64,000 bases of DNA from Octopus bimaculoides (Eukaryota): positions 7,816,030 to 7,880,029 of the forward strand of contig NC_068991.1 in NCBI RefSeq assembly GCF_001194135.2, written 5' to 3'. Of the stretch, positions 25,501 to 38,500 are shown one piece after another. The notes below the pieces were generated by a model. It did no database searches, was not told the origin of the DNA, and was given only the letters and a program-made list of their open reading frames with translations. The position numbers and the translations under genes are program-made. Position 1 is the first letter of the stretch. Each line of letters starts with the position of its first letter.

Positions 25501-26522
25501 GAGGGAAAAGAGAAATGGAGGAGAAAAAGAGATGGAAGGAAAGAGAGAGGTGGAGGGAAAGAGAGAGGTGGAGGGAAAGAGAGAGGTGGAGGGAGAGAGA
25601 GGTGGGGGAAAAGAGAGAGAGGTGGAGGGAGAGAGAGAGAGGTGGAGGGAGAGAGAGAGGTGGAGGGAGAGAGAGAGAGGTGGAGGGAGAGAGAGAGGTG
25701 GAGGGAGAGAGAGAGAGGTGGAGGGAGAGAGAGAGAGGTGGAGGGAAAAGAGAGAAATGGAGAGAAAGAGAGAGAGAGATGGAGGGAAAAGAGAGAAATG
25801 GAGGAGAAAAAGAGGTGGAAGGAAAGAGAGAGGTGGAGGGAGAGAAAGAGAAATGGAGGAAAAGAGAGAGAGAGAAGTGGCAGGAGAGAGGGAGGGAGGG
25901 ATACAATAGTGTTTGGAAGAAGCACTGTTTTAAGTACCATCTTTGAGATGGTATATCTTAGAAGGGACCATAGCTTCTGAAAATATACATTTTAAAATAT
26001 AAATTTTTTTATTTTTCTGAAGAGAAAACACTCACTAGTCTGTAATTTTCCTAATAACGAACAAGCATGTCAACAATAAGAAGAATTTCTCAAATTATTA
26101 ATGAAAACAGTTTCAAAATATCGTAATCAACACAATTTATGGACAAAGGAAATAAATTTTTTTTATCCCAGCTCCCCACCCTTACCATCAAAATCACTGA
26201 CAGAGCACAAACAGGTTATTATTCTGTGTAACACTATAGACAAACATAAGAAAATCTGGATCCAAGTAATAATATAATAATAATGATAATAATAATAATC
26301 ATTTTTTCTATAGTTGGCGAAAAGCCTGAAATTTTGGGGAGGGAAGAACTAGTTGATTACATCAACCCCAGCATTCAACTGGTACTAATTTTATTAACCC
26401 TGAGAGGATATGAAAGACAAAGTTGACCTCAGAGATATTTGAGCTCAGAATGGAAAGAATCAGAAAAAATGCTGTGAAGCATTTGGTCCAATGTGCTCAT
26501 GATTCTGCTAGCTCACTGCTTT

Positions 26523-26553
<31 letters not shown>

Positions 26554-29506
26554 GAAAAAGATATTTACTCTTATTCTTCTTCAAGCCTGGACATATGCTA
26601 TAGATGGAAGACGAAGTGTGGTGGTGGGGGTGGGGATAACTTAACGTGAAATTATGCCCTAATTACAAAGTGGAACCAGCAAGGAAGCAAAGAATTTACA
26701 AGAAAAAAAAAAGAAAAGAAAGAAAACCGAAAAAGTAAAAGAAAAAAAAAATAAAGCCCATTAGCAAATATATCTATTACTACTACTGCTACTGTTGTGG
26801 ACAGTAGAAGAGAAAGGTGTAGTTGGGGAAGGATGAAATGCAGAACGCACCTGAACATCAGAGGTGAGTTTCTCTGGTGGTGAAATCGAGAGTTTGTCAT
26901 CATTAGTCATAGTGACAGTGGTGGGATGATGGCAGCCCAAAATTTCCCCAGGCTCTAGTTGACGGTTTCGATGGTGGGTCTGCATAGTACCATACTCGGA
27001 CACTATGACCACATCACATGCCTTACTGTGACCACTGCTCAGTCCACTGCCGCTGTTCACTGCCATTTTGTTTAGGCCAATGTTCGGTATGCCGGGAGAG
27101 TGTCCAGACGATGAGGAGGAGGAAGAGGAGCCAGCCACCATCTGAGCACCACCACTGGCCATCTGATGGTGATGGCTATGCTGCCGTTGATAATCATTCA
27201 GAATCTGTAGACAGAAAGTAGTAAACAATACAAGAAGCCAGTTCTGCTGTTTCAGAAATATTGATTTCTAACAGGCACGAAACCTCAGTTCAAGGGTTAA
27301 AGAGATATTATTATCGATTATATCGATCCCCAGTACATGACTGGTACTTTATTTTTATCACCCTCAGAAGGTTCAAAGGCAAAGTCAACTATGGTACACT
27401 GTTTTAAAAATGTAATAAAAAGGTTTCGGAAACACATGAAAATTTTAATTACCCAAAATATAATCAGTTTAATTAGTAGAAATTAATTTTAACTAAGGAA
27501 ATAATAGGTCAATACCATTTGTGGCTTTGTATAGTGTGTATTTTCTTTTCCTTAATTTTAAGCGTTAATTTCTGCTTTGAGTCTAAAAATTAACATCAAT
27601 TTCCAAACTCAAACTATTTTAACACAAAATATTTGATTTCGTAAAATTACAAACGTTGTACTAAAAGGAAAAAAAATACCTGAAATCTTCAATAATCAAT
27701 TTTTCAAAACAGGTTCCTGGGCGTCAGTGTGTGTTTGTGTGTGTACATGTGGGTATATGAACATACACGTGTAATATATCACAGATATACATACATGGCC
27801 AAACTTTGCTTCAGTTAAGGGGCTCTCTAGAGTTGTGGTGACTCTACTGGTGCTGGTGCCACACAAGAAAAAGCAAACAGCACACTCTGTAAAGTGGCTG
27901 GCATTAGGAAGGACATCCAGCTACAAAAAGCAGCCTTTAGAGCATAATGCAGTCCTTCAGCTTGTCAGGTCGTGTTGAACTGTTCAACCCATGCTAGCAT
28001 GGAAGATGGATGTTTAATGATGATGGTGATGAAAAATAAGATACATGGTAAAATAGAATTCCAGAACTAAGGATTATAGGAAAGGAAACAGTGCCTACGT
28101 GTTGGCACAAAGCCAGAAACATGAAAGGAGGGTACAACATGTGGAGATTGAACGGCGAGTTTTGAGGGACCTTAAGAATTAAGCTATACAGGTTGTTAAT
28201 CAGATCTTTTCTATTGATATAAAGCAGGAACTTCATCTGTCGTCATCTTTGTTGAGAACCAGAAATCACTCAGGACTAAAGTCTTCATGTCTTTTATTTT
28301 TGCATTTTATGCAAGAAGTCTCATTTCATGTAGCTACAAATGAAGCTGAAGACAGTTCTAAATGGTGTGTTTTACAATGTACAGTGTATCAAGCATTTTG
28401 GGTGTAATCAATTTACACAAGAAATCATCATTTTAACATCTACTTTAAGGCAGATTTTCTAAGACACCCTTTCTATCATTAACCCTCACCTGTTAATGCA
28501 TGGAAAAAATATTATTTTACATAGAATGTAGCTATAGCTAATTTGTTTGATAATAAATATAAATATATCCAATAAAAATAGACTCAAAGCAGAAATAAAT
28601 ATACTATTACAAAAAAAAAAAAATTTATATTACTTTAAAATTCTTCAAATATGAATTTATCTTGAATTTATATTCTCTGAACAATAATGGAAATTGAATG
28701 AAAATCTCCATATCAAATTATTACAAATTAAATTTTAAATCAAAGATACAATCTTTCATTTAAAATTTAATTTATTAATTCAATATTAAATTTAAAAACA
28801 GATTCTCAATCAACTCTAAAAAATATTTACTTTTTTCCTTAACACTTCTACAATGAAAANNNNNNNNNNNNNNNNNNNNNNNNNNNNNNNNNNNNNNNNN
28901 NNNNNNNNNNNNNNNNNNNNNNNNNNNNNNNNNNNNNNNNNNNNNNNNNNNNNNNNNNNNNNNNNNNNNNNNNNNNNNNNNNNNNNNNNNNNNNNNNNNN
29001 NNNNNNNNNNNNNNNNNNNNNNNNNNNNNNNNNNNNNNNNNNNNNNNNNNNNNNNNNNNNNNNNNNNNNNNNNNNNNNNNNNNNNNNNNNNNNNNNNNNN
29101 NNNNNNNNNNNNNNNNNNNNNNNNNNNNNNNNNNNNNNNNNNNNNNNNNNNNNNNNNNNNNNNNNNNNNNNNNNNNNNNNNNNNNNNNNNNNNNNNNNNN
29201 NNNNNNNNNNNNNNNNNNNNNNNNNNNNNNNNNNNNNNNNNNNNNNNNNNNNNNNNNNNNNNNNNNNNNNNNNNNNNNNNNNNNNNNNNNNNNNNNNNNN
29301 NNNNNNNNNNNNNNNNNNNNNNNNNNNNNNNNNNNNNNNNNNNNNNNNNNNNNNNNNNNNNNNNNNNNNNNNNNNNNNNNNNNNNNNNNNNNNNNNNNNN
29401 NNNNNNNNNNNNNNNNNNNNNNNNNNNNNNNNNNNNNNNNNNNNNNNNNNNNNNNNNNNNNNNNNNNNNNNNNNNNNNNNNNNNNNNNNNNNNNNNNNNN
29501 NNNNNN

Positions 29507-29538
<32 letters not shown>

Positions 29539-32500
29539 ACAGAACCAGTGTCTGTTAATTATTGGTGTGCTGACCCTCCCAAGATACAACAAAATTCCAA
29601 TTTCAGTTTTTGAATATAATTTATGTAAAACACAACTTGAAAAAGTATTCCAAACTGAGAAATATTGAATGTTTATATTTCAGCATTTGATAAAAAATAT
29701 GAAAACTAAGACACCAACCAGCCTACTCGTTACTAGTGGTTACTCATTACTAATTTTTAAACCAAAAAATTAGGTTAAAATGCACTTCTGAATCAAAATT
29801 CTTTGCATGGATTTAACCCTTTAGCATTCGGATTATTCTGTCAAATGTATCATCATCATCATCATCATCATCGTTTAACGTCCGCTTTCCATGCTAGCAT
29901 GGGTTGGACGATTTGACTGAGGACTGGTGAAACCGGATGGCAACACCAGGCTCCAGTCTGATTTGGCAGAGTTTCTACAGCTGGATGCCCTTCCTAACGC
30001 CAACCACTCAGAGAGTGTAGTGGGTGCTTTTACGTGTCACCCGCACGAAAACGGCCACGCTCGAAATGGTGTCTTTTNNNNNNNNNNNNNNNNNNNNNNN
30101 NNNNNNNNNNNNNNNNNNNNNNNNNNNNNNNNNNNNNNNNNNNNNNNNNNNNNNNNNNNNNNNNNNNNNNNNNNNNNNNNNNNNNNNNNNNNNNNNNNNN
30201 NNNNNNNNNNNNNNNNNNNNNNNNNNNNNNNNNNNNNNNNNNNNNNNNNNNNNNNNNNNNNNNNNNNNNNNNNNNNNNNNNNNNNNNNNNNNNNNNNNNN
30301 NNNNNNNNNNNNNNNNNNNNNNNNNNNNNNNNNNNNNNNNNNNNNNNNNNNNNNNNNNNNNNNNNNNNNNNNNNNNNNNNNNNNNNNNNNNNNNNNNNNN
30401 NNNNNNNNNGGCAACGGCCACGCTCAAAATGGTGCATCTCATGTGCCACCCGCACAAGAACCAGTCCAGGGGCACTGGCAACGATCTTACTTGGCTTGCC
30501 GGGTCTTCTCACGCACAGCCCATTTCCAAAGGTCTCGGTCCGTAGTCATCGCCTCGGTGAGGCCCAATGTACGAAGGTCTTGCCTCACCACCTCAGCCCA
30601 GGTCTTCCTGGGCCTACCTCTTCCACGGGTTCCCTCAACTGTTAGGGTGTGGCACTTTTTCACGCAGCTATCCTCCTCCATTCTCACCACATGTCCATAC
30701 CAGCGCAATCGTCTCTCTTGCACGCCACAACTGATGCTTCTAATGTTCGCTTATTTATCTACATTGCTTTGAGTTAATCATGGATTATCTTGTAATTTCA
30801 AGATTTATATGATGTGACTGTATATTTTTTGAACGACATTGTAAGGGAGGTGTAAAAGGTCAGATCTGGCCAGTTAGAACATAAAGGAAGTACAGGGTGT
30901 CCACAAAGTCTGGGTACATGAAGTAAATAAAATCATAACATAAACAATTAAATATAAGAAATAATTTCTTAAAGTATGTGTTAATCCCCATGTACCCAGA
31001 CTTTGTGGACACCCTGTAGATTATTTAGGCCGGATATGGCCGGTTTAAATACTAATGGGTTAAATTAGCATTTGTGTGGATGTGTGGTAAGAAGTTTGAG
31101 TCCCATTGCATAACACTTGGGCAAGCGTCTTCTGTTATATCCTTAGGCCAACCAAAGCCCTGTGAGTAGATTTGGCAGATGGAAACTAAAAGAAGCCTAC
31201 CATAGATACATGTGACTTTGTGTCTGTGTTTGCCCCCACCATTGCTTGACAACTGGTATCAGTGTGTTTACATCTCTGTAACTTAGCAGTTTGACTTAAG
31301 AGACTGATAAAATAAGTACAGGGCTTTAAAAAAAATAAGAATTGGGATTGATTTGTTTGACTAAAGTCCTTCAAGGCATTGCCCCAGCATGTTCACAGTG
31401 TAATGGCTATGTGATTGAGAAGCTTGCTTTGCAACCAAGTGGTTTTGGGTTCAGTCCCACTGCATGGCACCTGGGCAAGTGTCGTCTATTATAGCCCTGG
31501 GACAACCAATGAATAAGTAAATTTGGTAAATGGCAACTGTGTGGAATCTCATCGTGTGGAATCTCATTGTGTAGTAATCAGTTTTTCCACCTGATTTGTC
31601 CATGCTAGCAGGAGATGGTAGGTGCACCACACTGAAGAGAATTCAGTTAATGGTGTCCTTTTTTTTTTTTTTAATAATATTGTGCATAGTTCAGTGGTTA
31701 GTGTCTATATCAAAAAAAGGTTATAATATCTATAATACCAACCGCATTTTTCATAATGACACGGAACACATCAAGGAAAATATCATTAGTTCTCTCCACA
31801 TGCAAGTATACTTTATTGACGCCATGACACCAAATTTTGTAGACTTCCAAGAGAAATTTAATTTGCCGTTCACTATCGCTCTCCAGCACATCTTCTAGTT
31901 GTAATTCTACAGTATCAAGAGCATACTCATAGGCCAGCTGGGACAAACAGACACGCTCAGCGTCACGGAGGTATTTCCTGAAATTGGAAAGTTTTAGTAA
32001 ACAAAATTATCTTTGTTAATCGTTGTAATACTGTGAAAAAAATCAGTAACTTTAACCAGACACATGGAAAACAGTTGACCATCAATACTTTCCAGCCATC
32101 TATAAGAGAACTGGTAAAGTATCACTGAAACAAATTACTGTCATAAAAATATTAATTTGTCTTTTTGTGACTCCTCCTTTGTAAATTAAAAAAAAAAAGA
32201 TTAAAACAGACATCTACGTATCACACCTAATGTATAAACACTGTTGATAGGTCAGTTACTGGGGTATTTGTCCTGAGATAACATCAATTATGGACATAAC
32301 TTTGTTAAAAACACTATAATTTGGAAAGTGATCAAAATGTATAATCAATGAAGTTTTAAAAAAAATTGAGAAATTAAAAAAAAATATAACGAAGCTGATT
32401 TAAGATCAAAAGCTAACAAACTTATTTGGTTAAAAAGTTATTTGAATTTTTAGATAGGCGCAGGAGTGGCTGTGTGGTAAGTAGCTTGCATACCAACCAC

Positions 32501-35500
32501 ATGGTTCCAGATTCAGTCCCACTACGTGGAACCTTGGGCAAGTGTTTTCTACTATAGCCTCAGGCTGTCCAAAGCCTTGTGAGTGGATTTGGTAAACGGA
32601 AACTGAAAGAAGCCCATCGTGTATATATATATATATATATATTACAAATTAAAAGGGTAAAGGATTATCAATTTATTAATTAATAAATCAATTAATAATT
32701 TTTACCAAGCCCATCGGTATGAAAGCACCATTATTGGTGGAGAACTTATTTAAAAGCTCATATATATTTATAAACATAATTAAGGGATTAGCAAATATTT
32801 GCTTCACCATATACCGAAGTTCAGAAATAGCAGCTAAAAGAGCNNNNNNNNNNNNNNNNNNNNNNNNNNNNNNNNNNNNNNNNNNNNNNNNNNNNNNNNN
32901 NNNNNNNNNNNNNNNNNNNNNNNNNNNNNNNNNNNNNNNNNNNNNNNNNNNNNNNNNNNNNNNNNNNNNNNNNNNNNNNNNNNNNNNNNNNNNNNNNNNN
33001 NNNNNNNNNNNNNNNNNNNNNNNNNNNNNNNNNNNNNNNNNNNNNNNNNNNNNNNNNNNNNNNNNNNNNNNNNNNNNNNNNNNNNNNNNNNNNNNNNNNN
33101 NNNNNNNNNNNNNNNNNNNNNNNNNNNNNNNNNNNNNNNNNNNNNNNNNNNNNNNNNNNNNNNNNNNNNNNNNNNNNNNNNNNNNNNNNNNNNNNNNNNN
33201 NNNNNNNNNNNNNNNNNNNNNNNNNNNNNNNNNNNNNNNNNNNNNNNNNNNNNNNNNNNNNNNNNNNNNNNNNNNNNNNNNNNNNNNNNNNNNNNNNNNN
33301 NNNNNNNNNNNNNNNNNNNNNNNNNNNNNNNNNNNNNNNNNNNNNNNNNNNNNNNNNNNNNNNNNNNNNNNNNNNNNNNNNNNNNNNNNNNNNNNNNNNN
33401 NNNNNNNNNNNNNNNNNNNNNNNNNNNNNNNNNNNNNNNNNNNNNNNNNNNNNNNNNNNNNNNNNNNNNNNNNNNNNNNNNNNNNNNNNNNNNNNNNNNN
33501 NNNNNNNNNNNNNNNNNNNNNNNNNNNNNNNNNNNNNNNNNNNNNNNNNNNNNNNNNNNNNNNNNNNNNNNNNNNNNNNAACAAAAATTAAACTTTATCT
33601 AGATCATAGGTTCTCAAAGTGGGCGCTACCCTCACCCCCACCCCCGTGGATGTTTTGACGGCCGAGGTGGGCGCTGGTGCCTAAGGGGGTGGTGGAGTGC
33701 AGTAAAGAAAAAGGAGGTGTTGGGAGGAAGGCAGTGGATTGGGGGACGCTATGAATTTATTATAATATCATTATAGTATCGTATACAAATTATATAATAT
33801 TATATTAAATATCAAATGATTCATAATATATATAAAATATTTATTTATACATAAAAACAGGGGTGGGGGCACTGAGGGTATTATGTGGCTATGAGTGGGG
33901 GGGTGATTCCACTGTTGATGTAATCTATTAAAACCTTTCACACTATCTCAGCTTCTTGTCATCTTTTAACTTTTTCATTTTGTCATTTTTCTACATTTTC
34001 CATCATTTTTTTCTCCGTTGTTTAATTCTGTCATCTTTCATTCTTAGCTTTTCATTTCCCCATCCACTAATTGCTAACTTCTCAACTATCAATCACTTCC
34101 TTCTACCTGTTCATTCCTCCTAAACTAGCTTTACTTCTCTTAGCACAGCACTCCCTCTCATTATCCTACTAATGGTGTTACCTTATAATCTCTCTGTATT
34201 AGATTATCTAGATGATCTAAAAGTACAGAAATCACTAAATCACTGGATGTCTGCTGCAGTGAAAGAAACTTGGTTCACATGAAGAAATCTAAACAGAATC
34301 CCCAGCAAGAGGGAACTTTTATAGTAAGACACAGTTTTTGACTACCAAATCCACTCACAAGGCCATACTAGAAGACACTTGTCCAAGATGCCACACAGTG
34401 GGACTGAACCCAAGACACCGTGATTGGGAAGCTAGCTTCTTAACTGCATAGCCATGTCTGTACCTATCTGAGATAATAAAATGTGCCATGAAAACACCAT
34501 GCTGAAAATTTCAAATGGGATTATTTCTAATAACAGAAAACATGAAATTTATTGTAAAGTCATTTTAGACAAGAATTGTATACAAACCTGAAAAAAGTTG
34601 GAATGTTTACGATCTGTAAAAAGACCCGGAGCAGGTAGGTGATCATGTTGGGTCCAAGAAGGAACCCCAAGCAATATATCACGTGTGTAGTTAATATTCT
34701 GAAATCAAATAGAAATTTCAATTTGAAAGATTTTGAAAATTAATATTTGGCAAATGTAGTTTGCCAGTATTTTTAGATGCTGTAGATCTGATGGCAAAAT
34801 TTAAAATTAGGTTAACCTTGATTTTTTTGTTTGTTTTTGATTTAAAAAAGTATATTAAGCCTTACAGCATGGGAACTGAATATAGTCGGTTCTGTGCATA
34901 TGTGCTTGAAATATAGGAACTGAAGCAAATTGCTTTTGATAGTGGAATACTTTCTGGAATTTTCTGCATTTCATATGATGTAGTACACACATTGTATTTT
35001 TACTGGCCGATAGAAAAAGGTTGCAAGAACTATTTGCATATGATTAGAGAGTTACATCATCAGCAAAAATTGAATCAGCACAATGAGGCATAAAGTTTTT
35101 AACTGCTGAAAGATATATAAAAGAATCAATTCCAGAATAGAAGTGACAAGACAATAAACCATGTATAATGACGAACGAAAGGTGCAGAGAAACATTAGAG
35201 CTGGGATATGAATTTTAGAGAGACTTCTCATCATCATTTGATGTCCATGTTGGCATGGGTTGGACAGTTTGAGAGGATCTGATGGGTCCAAGAGCTGCAT
35301 TGGTATGGTTTCTATGGCTGGATACCCTTTCTAATGCCAAACACTCTCCAGCATGTATTGAGTGCTTTTCTTGTTCCACCTGCATTATATTGAGGTTGCA
35401 ATGCAGCTTGCAAGACTACGAAACCTGAAGGGGCCGAGGGCTTTATAATAACTTCTCCATTAACGGTAATGATAAGAAATCTAGGATGAAGAATTTGAGT

Positions 35501-38500
35501 TATGAAAGAAAAGTGAATAAGTTATTAATAAAATGGAATTGTGACCATTTACATTTATTTCTTTATTGCCCATTGGGGGCTAAACATAGAGGGGACAAGC
35601 AAGGACAGACAAAGGGATTAAGTCGATTACATCGACCCCAGTGCGTAACTGGTACTTATTTAATCAACCCTGAAAGGATGAAAGGTAATGTCAACCTTGG
35701 TGGAATTTGAATTCAGAACATAACAGCAGATGAAATACCACTAAGCATTTCACCTGACATGCTGACAATTCTGTGAACTCATCACCCTTATATTTGGCAA
35801 TAATGTCTTTGTTATCATTTAACATCCACTTTTCATGCTGGCATGGCTTGAAAGGGTCATCATGGTGCAAGTCATTTCTTATTGGGAGCAACTGTTCCTA
35901 TGGCCAAATGCCCTTTCTATCACGAACGACTTTACATAGAGTACTGGATGCATTTTCTCATGATACCAATACTAGTGAGGCTGAATAATCCTCAGTGAGA
36001 CAGGACTAGTGGGCCTCACAACCCTACACTTTCCTCTGCTCATTTGTCAACCACAAAATGCACCCAGTGCATACTGGGTGCATTTTTGTAGTAGAAGCAC
36101 AAAAGAGGTTGTTTTATTCACCAGTCAAAAAGGGATAAAGCTCCTTCTCGAGTCATATAGACTCATAAGGTTGGTTTCCCGGTTTCTTAGGCATATATAT
36201 TCCCCCTTAGATGAAACACCAGTCCATCACGGGGTTACACATACATATATTTATGTTAGGTTACTTTCATTTTCTGTCAACCAAATCCACTTACAAGGCT
36301 CTTGTCAACCTGAGGCTGAACCTGGAACCACACTGCCATGTTTCTACACACACACACACACACTGCCATTAGGTTGAAAGATTTTAAACGTTAATGATTT
36401 CGTAAGATAACAACAAACATGTTTCTTTTTATTTTCATTAAATTGCAGGAAAAAAAATATAAGACATACCTTGTTAAATGGTGAGTAGAAGTGAAGATGA
36501 GCAAGTCTATAGAGAGCTTTATAATGTGTAGGGAAACGAGTGAGGCAGATGTGTAAGGCGGAAATGACCATGTTTAACAGTTTTTTGTGTTTTTCAGTTT
36601 TAGATTTCTTATCATCAACATGTCCATGATCCGAGTTATTGGCTGATGATGTTTCAGTACCAGTCTTGGTACCAGCTTCACTGTGATCATCCCCTGAACA
36701 CAATGATTTACCAGTCTCTTGTTTCGATACGTCACTGTGTTTAGAGTTGATGTTCACTGAGCTGTTCTCAGAAGACACATTATGAGGTAACTCAGCACCA
36801 GAGCTAGCTAGCTTGTTAGAATTATTTTGACAAACGTCTGACAACTCCTTGCTCTGCTGTTCGCCTCCTTCTGGGTGGCCAACAGAGTCAAAATCAATTC
36901 TGAGTGGATCATTGGGTTTATCAAAGTTTTCAGCTTCTAAAAGTGCATTAAGGGAATCAAGAGCTTGACTTGTCATCGCATCAGTGTCTATAGCAGCATC
37001 TAAATAATCTTCACCTATCGTTGTGGTAAACTGGTCCTCAAGACCAAATATGGGTTGACTGAGGTCTACTTTTGATAAACGGGGAGGCAAGTCCAAATCT
37101 TTGACAGCAGCAACTTCTTTTGGTGCCACTGATGATAAGGTGCTTTTACAATCGGATTTTGCTTGACTAATCTTTGGAGAAGTTTTTGTGGGTAGGCTTT
37201 CAACCATCTTAACTTTGTTTGATGTATTTCCCAACTCGTCAGACAAAGCGGAAAGACTTGAACTATCGTTACTTTTCTGTCGGAAATAATTATGGTCTTG
37301 GTTTGAACGTGACGACGTTGTAGAAGTTGTAACTGCTCCAACATTAGTTGAGACTGTAGAGCTTCCACTTGAAGACGGGCAAGTCCCAGAATTGGTTGCT
37401 CCACGTGGAGTACTATTTGTGTTGTTGGACAAAGACTGTGTTTGACAAGAACCTTCTTCATTACTTGTATTAGAGTCTTTGCTACAAAAATAAAAGTAAA
37501 CAAACCAATTATTATTAAAATAAATGCAAGTGCCATTATAATATCACTTACAAATATTAGATTCCAAATGCTTTTGTTGCTCTCTTTGTCTTCACTAGGA
37601 AGAGTAATAGTTTCAGAATGTAATATTTCAAGTACGTAGGACATTTTATTACCTTAACACATTGCCTGCCCTGTGTTTCACATGTGATACACAAGACATA
37701 CTTCCTGGTGTCCATGCATCACATATGATCAGTGGCCCATGGTGGTAGTTGTTGTACTGGGTGTGCTGCCACACCCAACGCCACCAAATTCCAAGCAGGG
37801 GGATAACAAAAGTTTTCCATTAAGATTTGTGATTAAATTAATGAGTAAAGTTAATATTTATAATGAATTTGCCATTTTCAATGCGTGTGCAATGCAATAC
37901 TTAGCACACTCGGAATATATGCCCCTGTATATGATACACATTCCCAATTTTTCTCAACTACCAGAGTAACTTGGGAATTATGAAAGGAAGTCTTTATATT
38001 ACTCAGAACGTATGAAACAAAAGGCTGACTAAAAATCTGAAAAGCATGGATGTTTAGGACAAACTTACGAAAATACTTTAGCCAGGCAAAGGGTTGAGGT
38101 AAAAAATAAAAAGCCAAACTAATCGATATCCAGGTATAACAATTCTAATAACACAATGCCGAAAGGGGTGAGATAGATATGGCTAGGTCAGAAAGTAGAA
38201 AGGTTTCTACCTGCAGCTTTTCTACATATGAAACAGGGCCATCTACCTGAGGGGATTTGTGACTTGTCTGCTTTCCTATTTACTAAGACTTTGGTTTTTG
38301 CTAAATTATTTCCAAGACCCTTTGATTCTAGGCCTTGCTTCCACACCTGATATTTCTTCTCTAGTTCTGGAAGTGAATCAGCTATAAAAACAATGTCTCA
38401 GCACAGAGGAGCTCCAGGAGCAGCCCAACTTAAATTTCTCTGTTATTGCCTGGAGGACTATGATGAACAAGAGGGGTTGAGGACAGATTCTTGGTTAACC

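Larger units (their letters stand above)
29813..31063. mobile_element. piggyBac-like MITE (TTAA-CCCT...GGG-TTAA) split by two younger insertions
   Basis: Left end 29813-29849, middle ~30743-30890, right end 31019-31063; matches uninterrupted copies at 21163-21353 and 43905-44132. Confidence 0.8.

Noticed and set aside
25187-25980. Five long ORFs (160-239 aa)
   Set aside because: Products of the stop-free GA/CT minisatellite.
37066-37644. 192-aa hydrophobic minus-strand ORF
   Set aside because: Alternative frame of the large exon plus intron; no recognisable homology.
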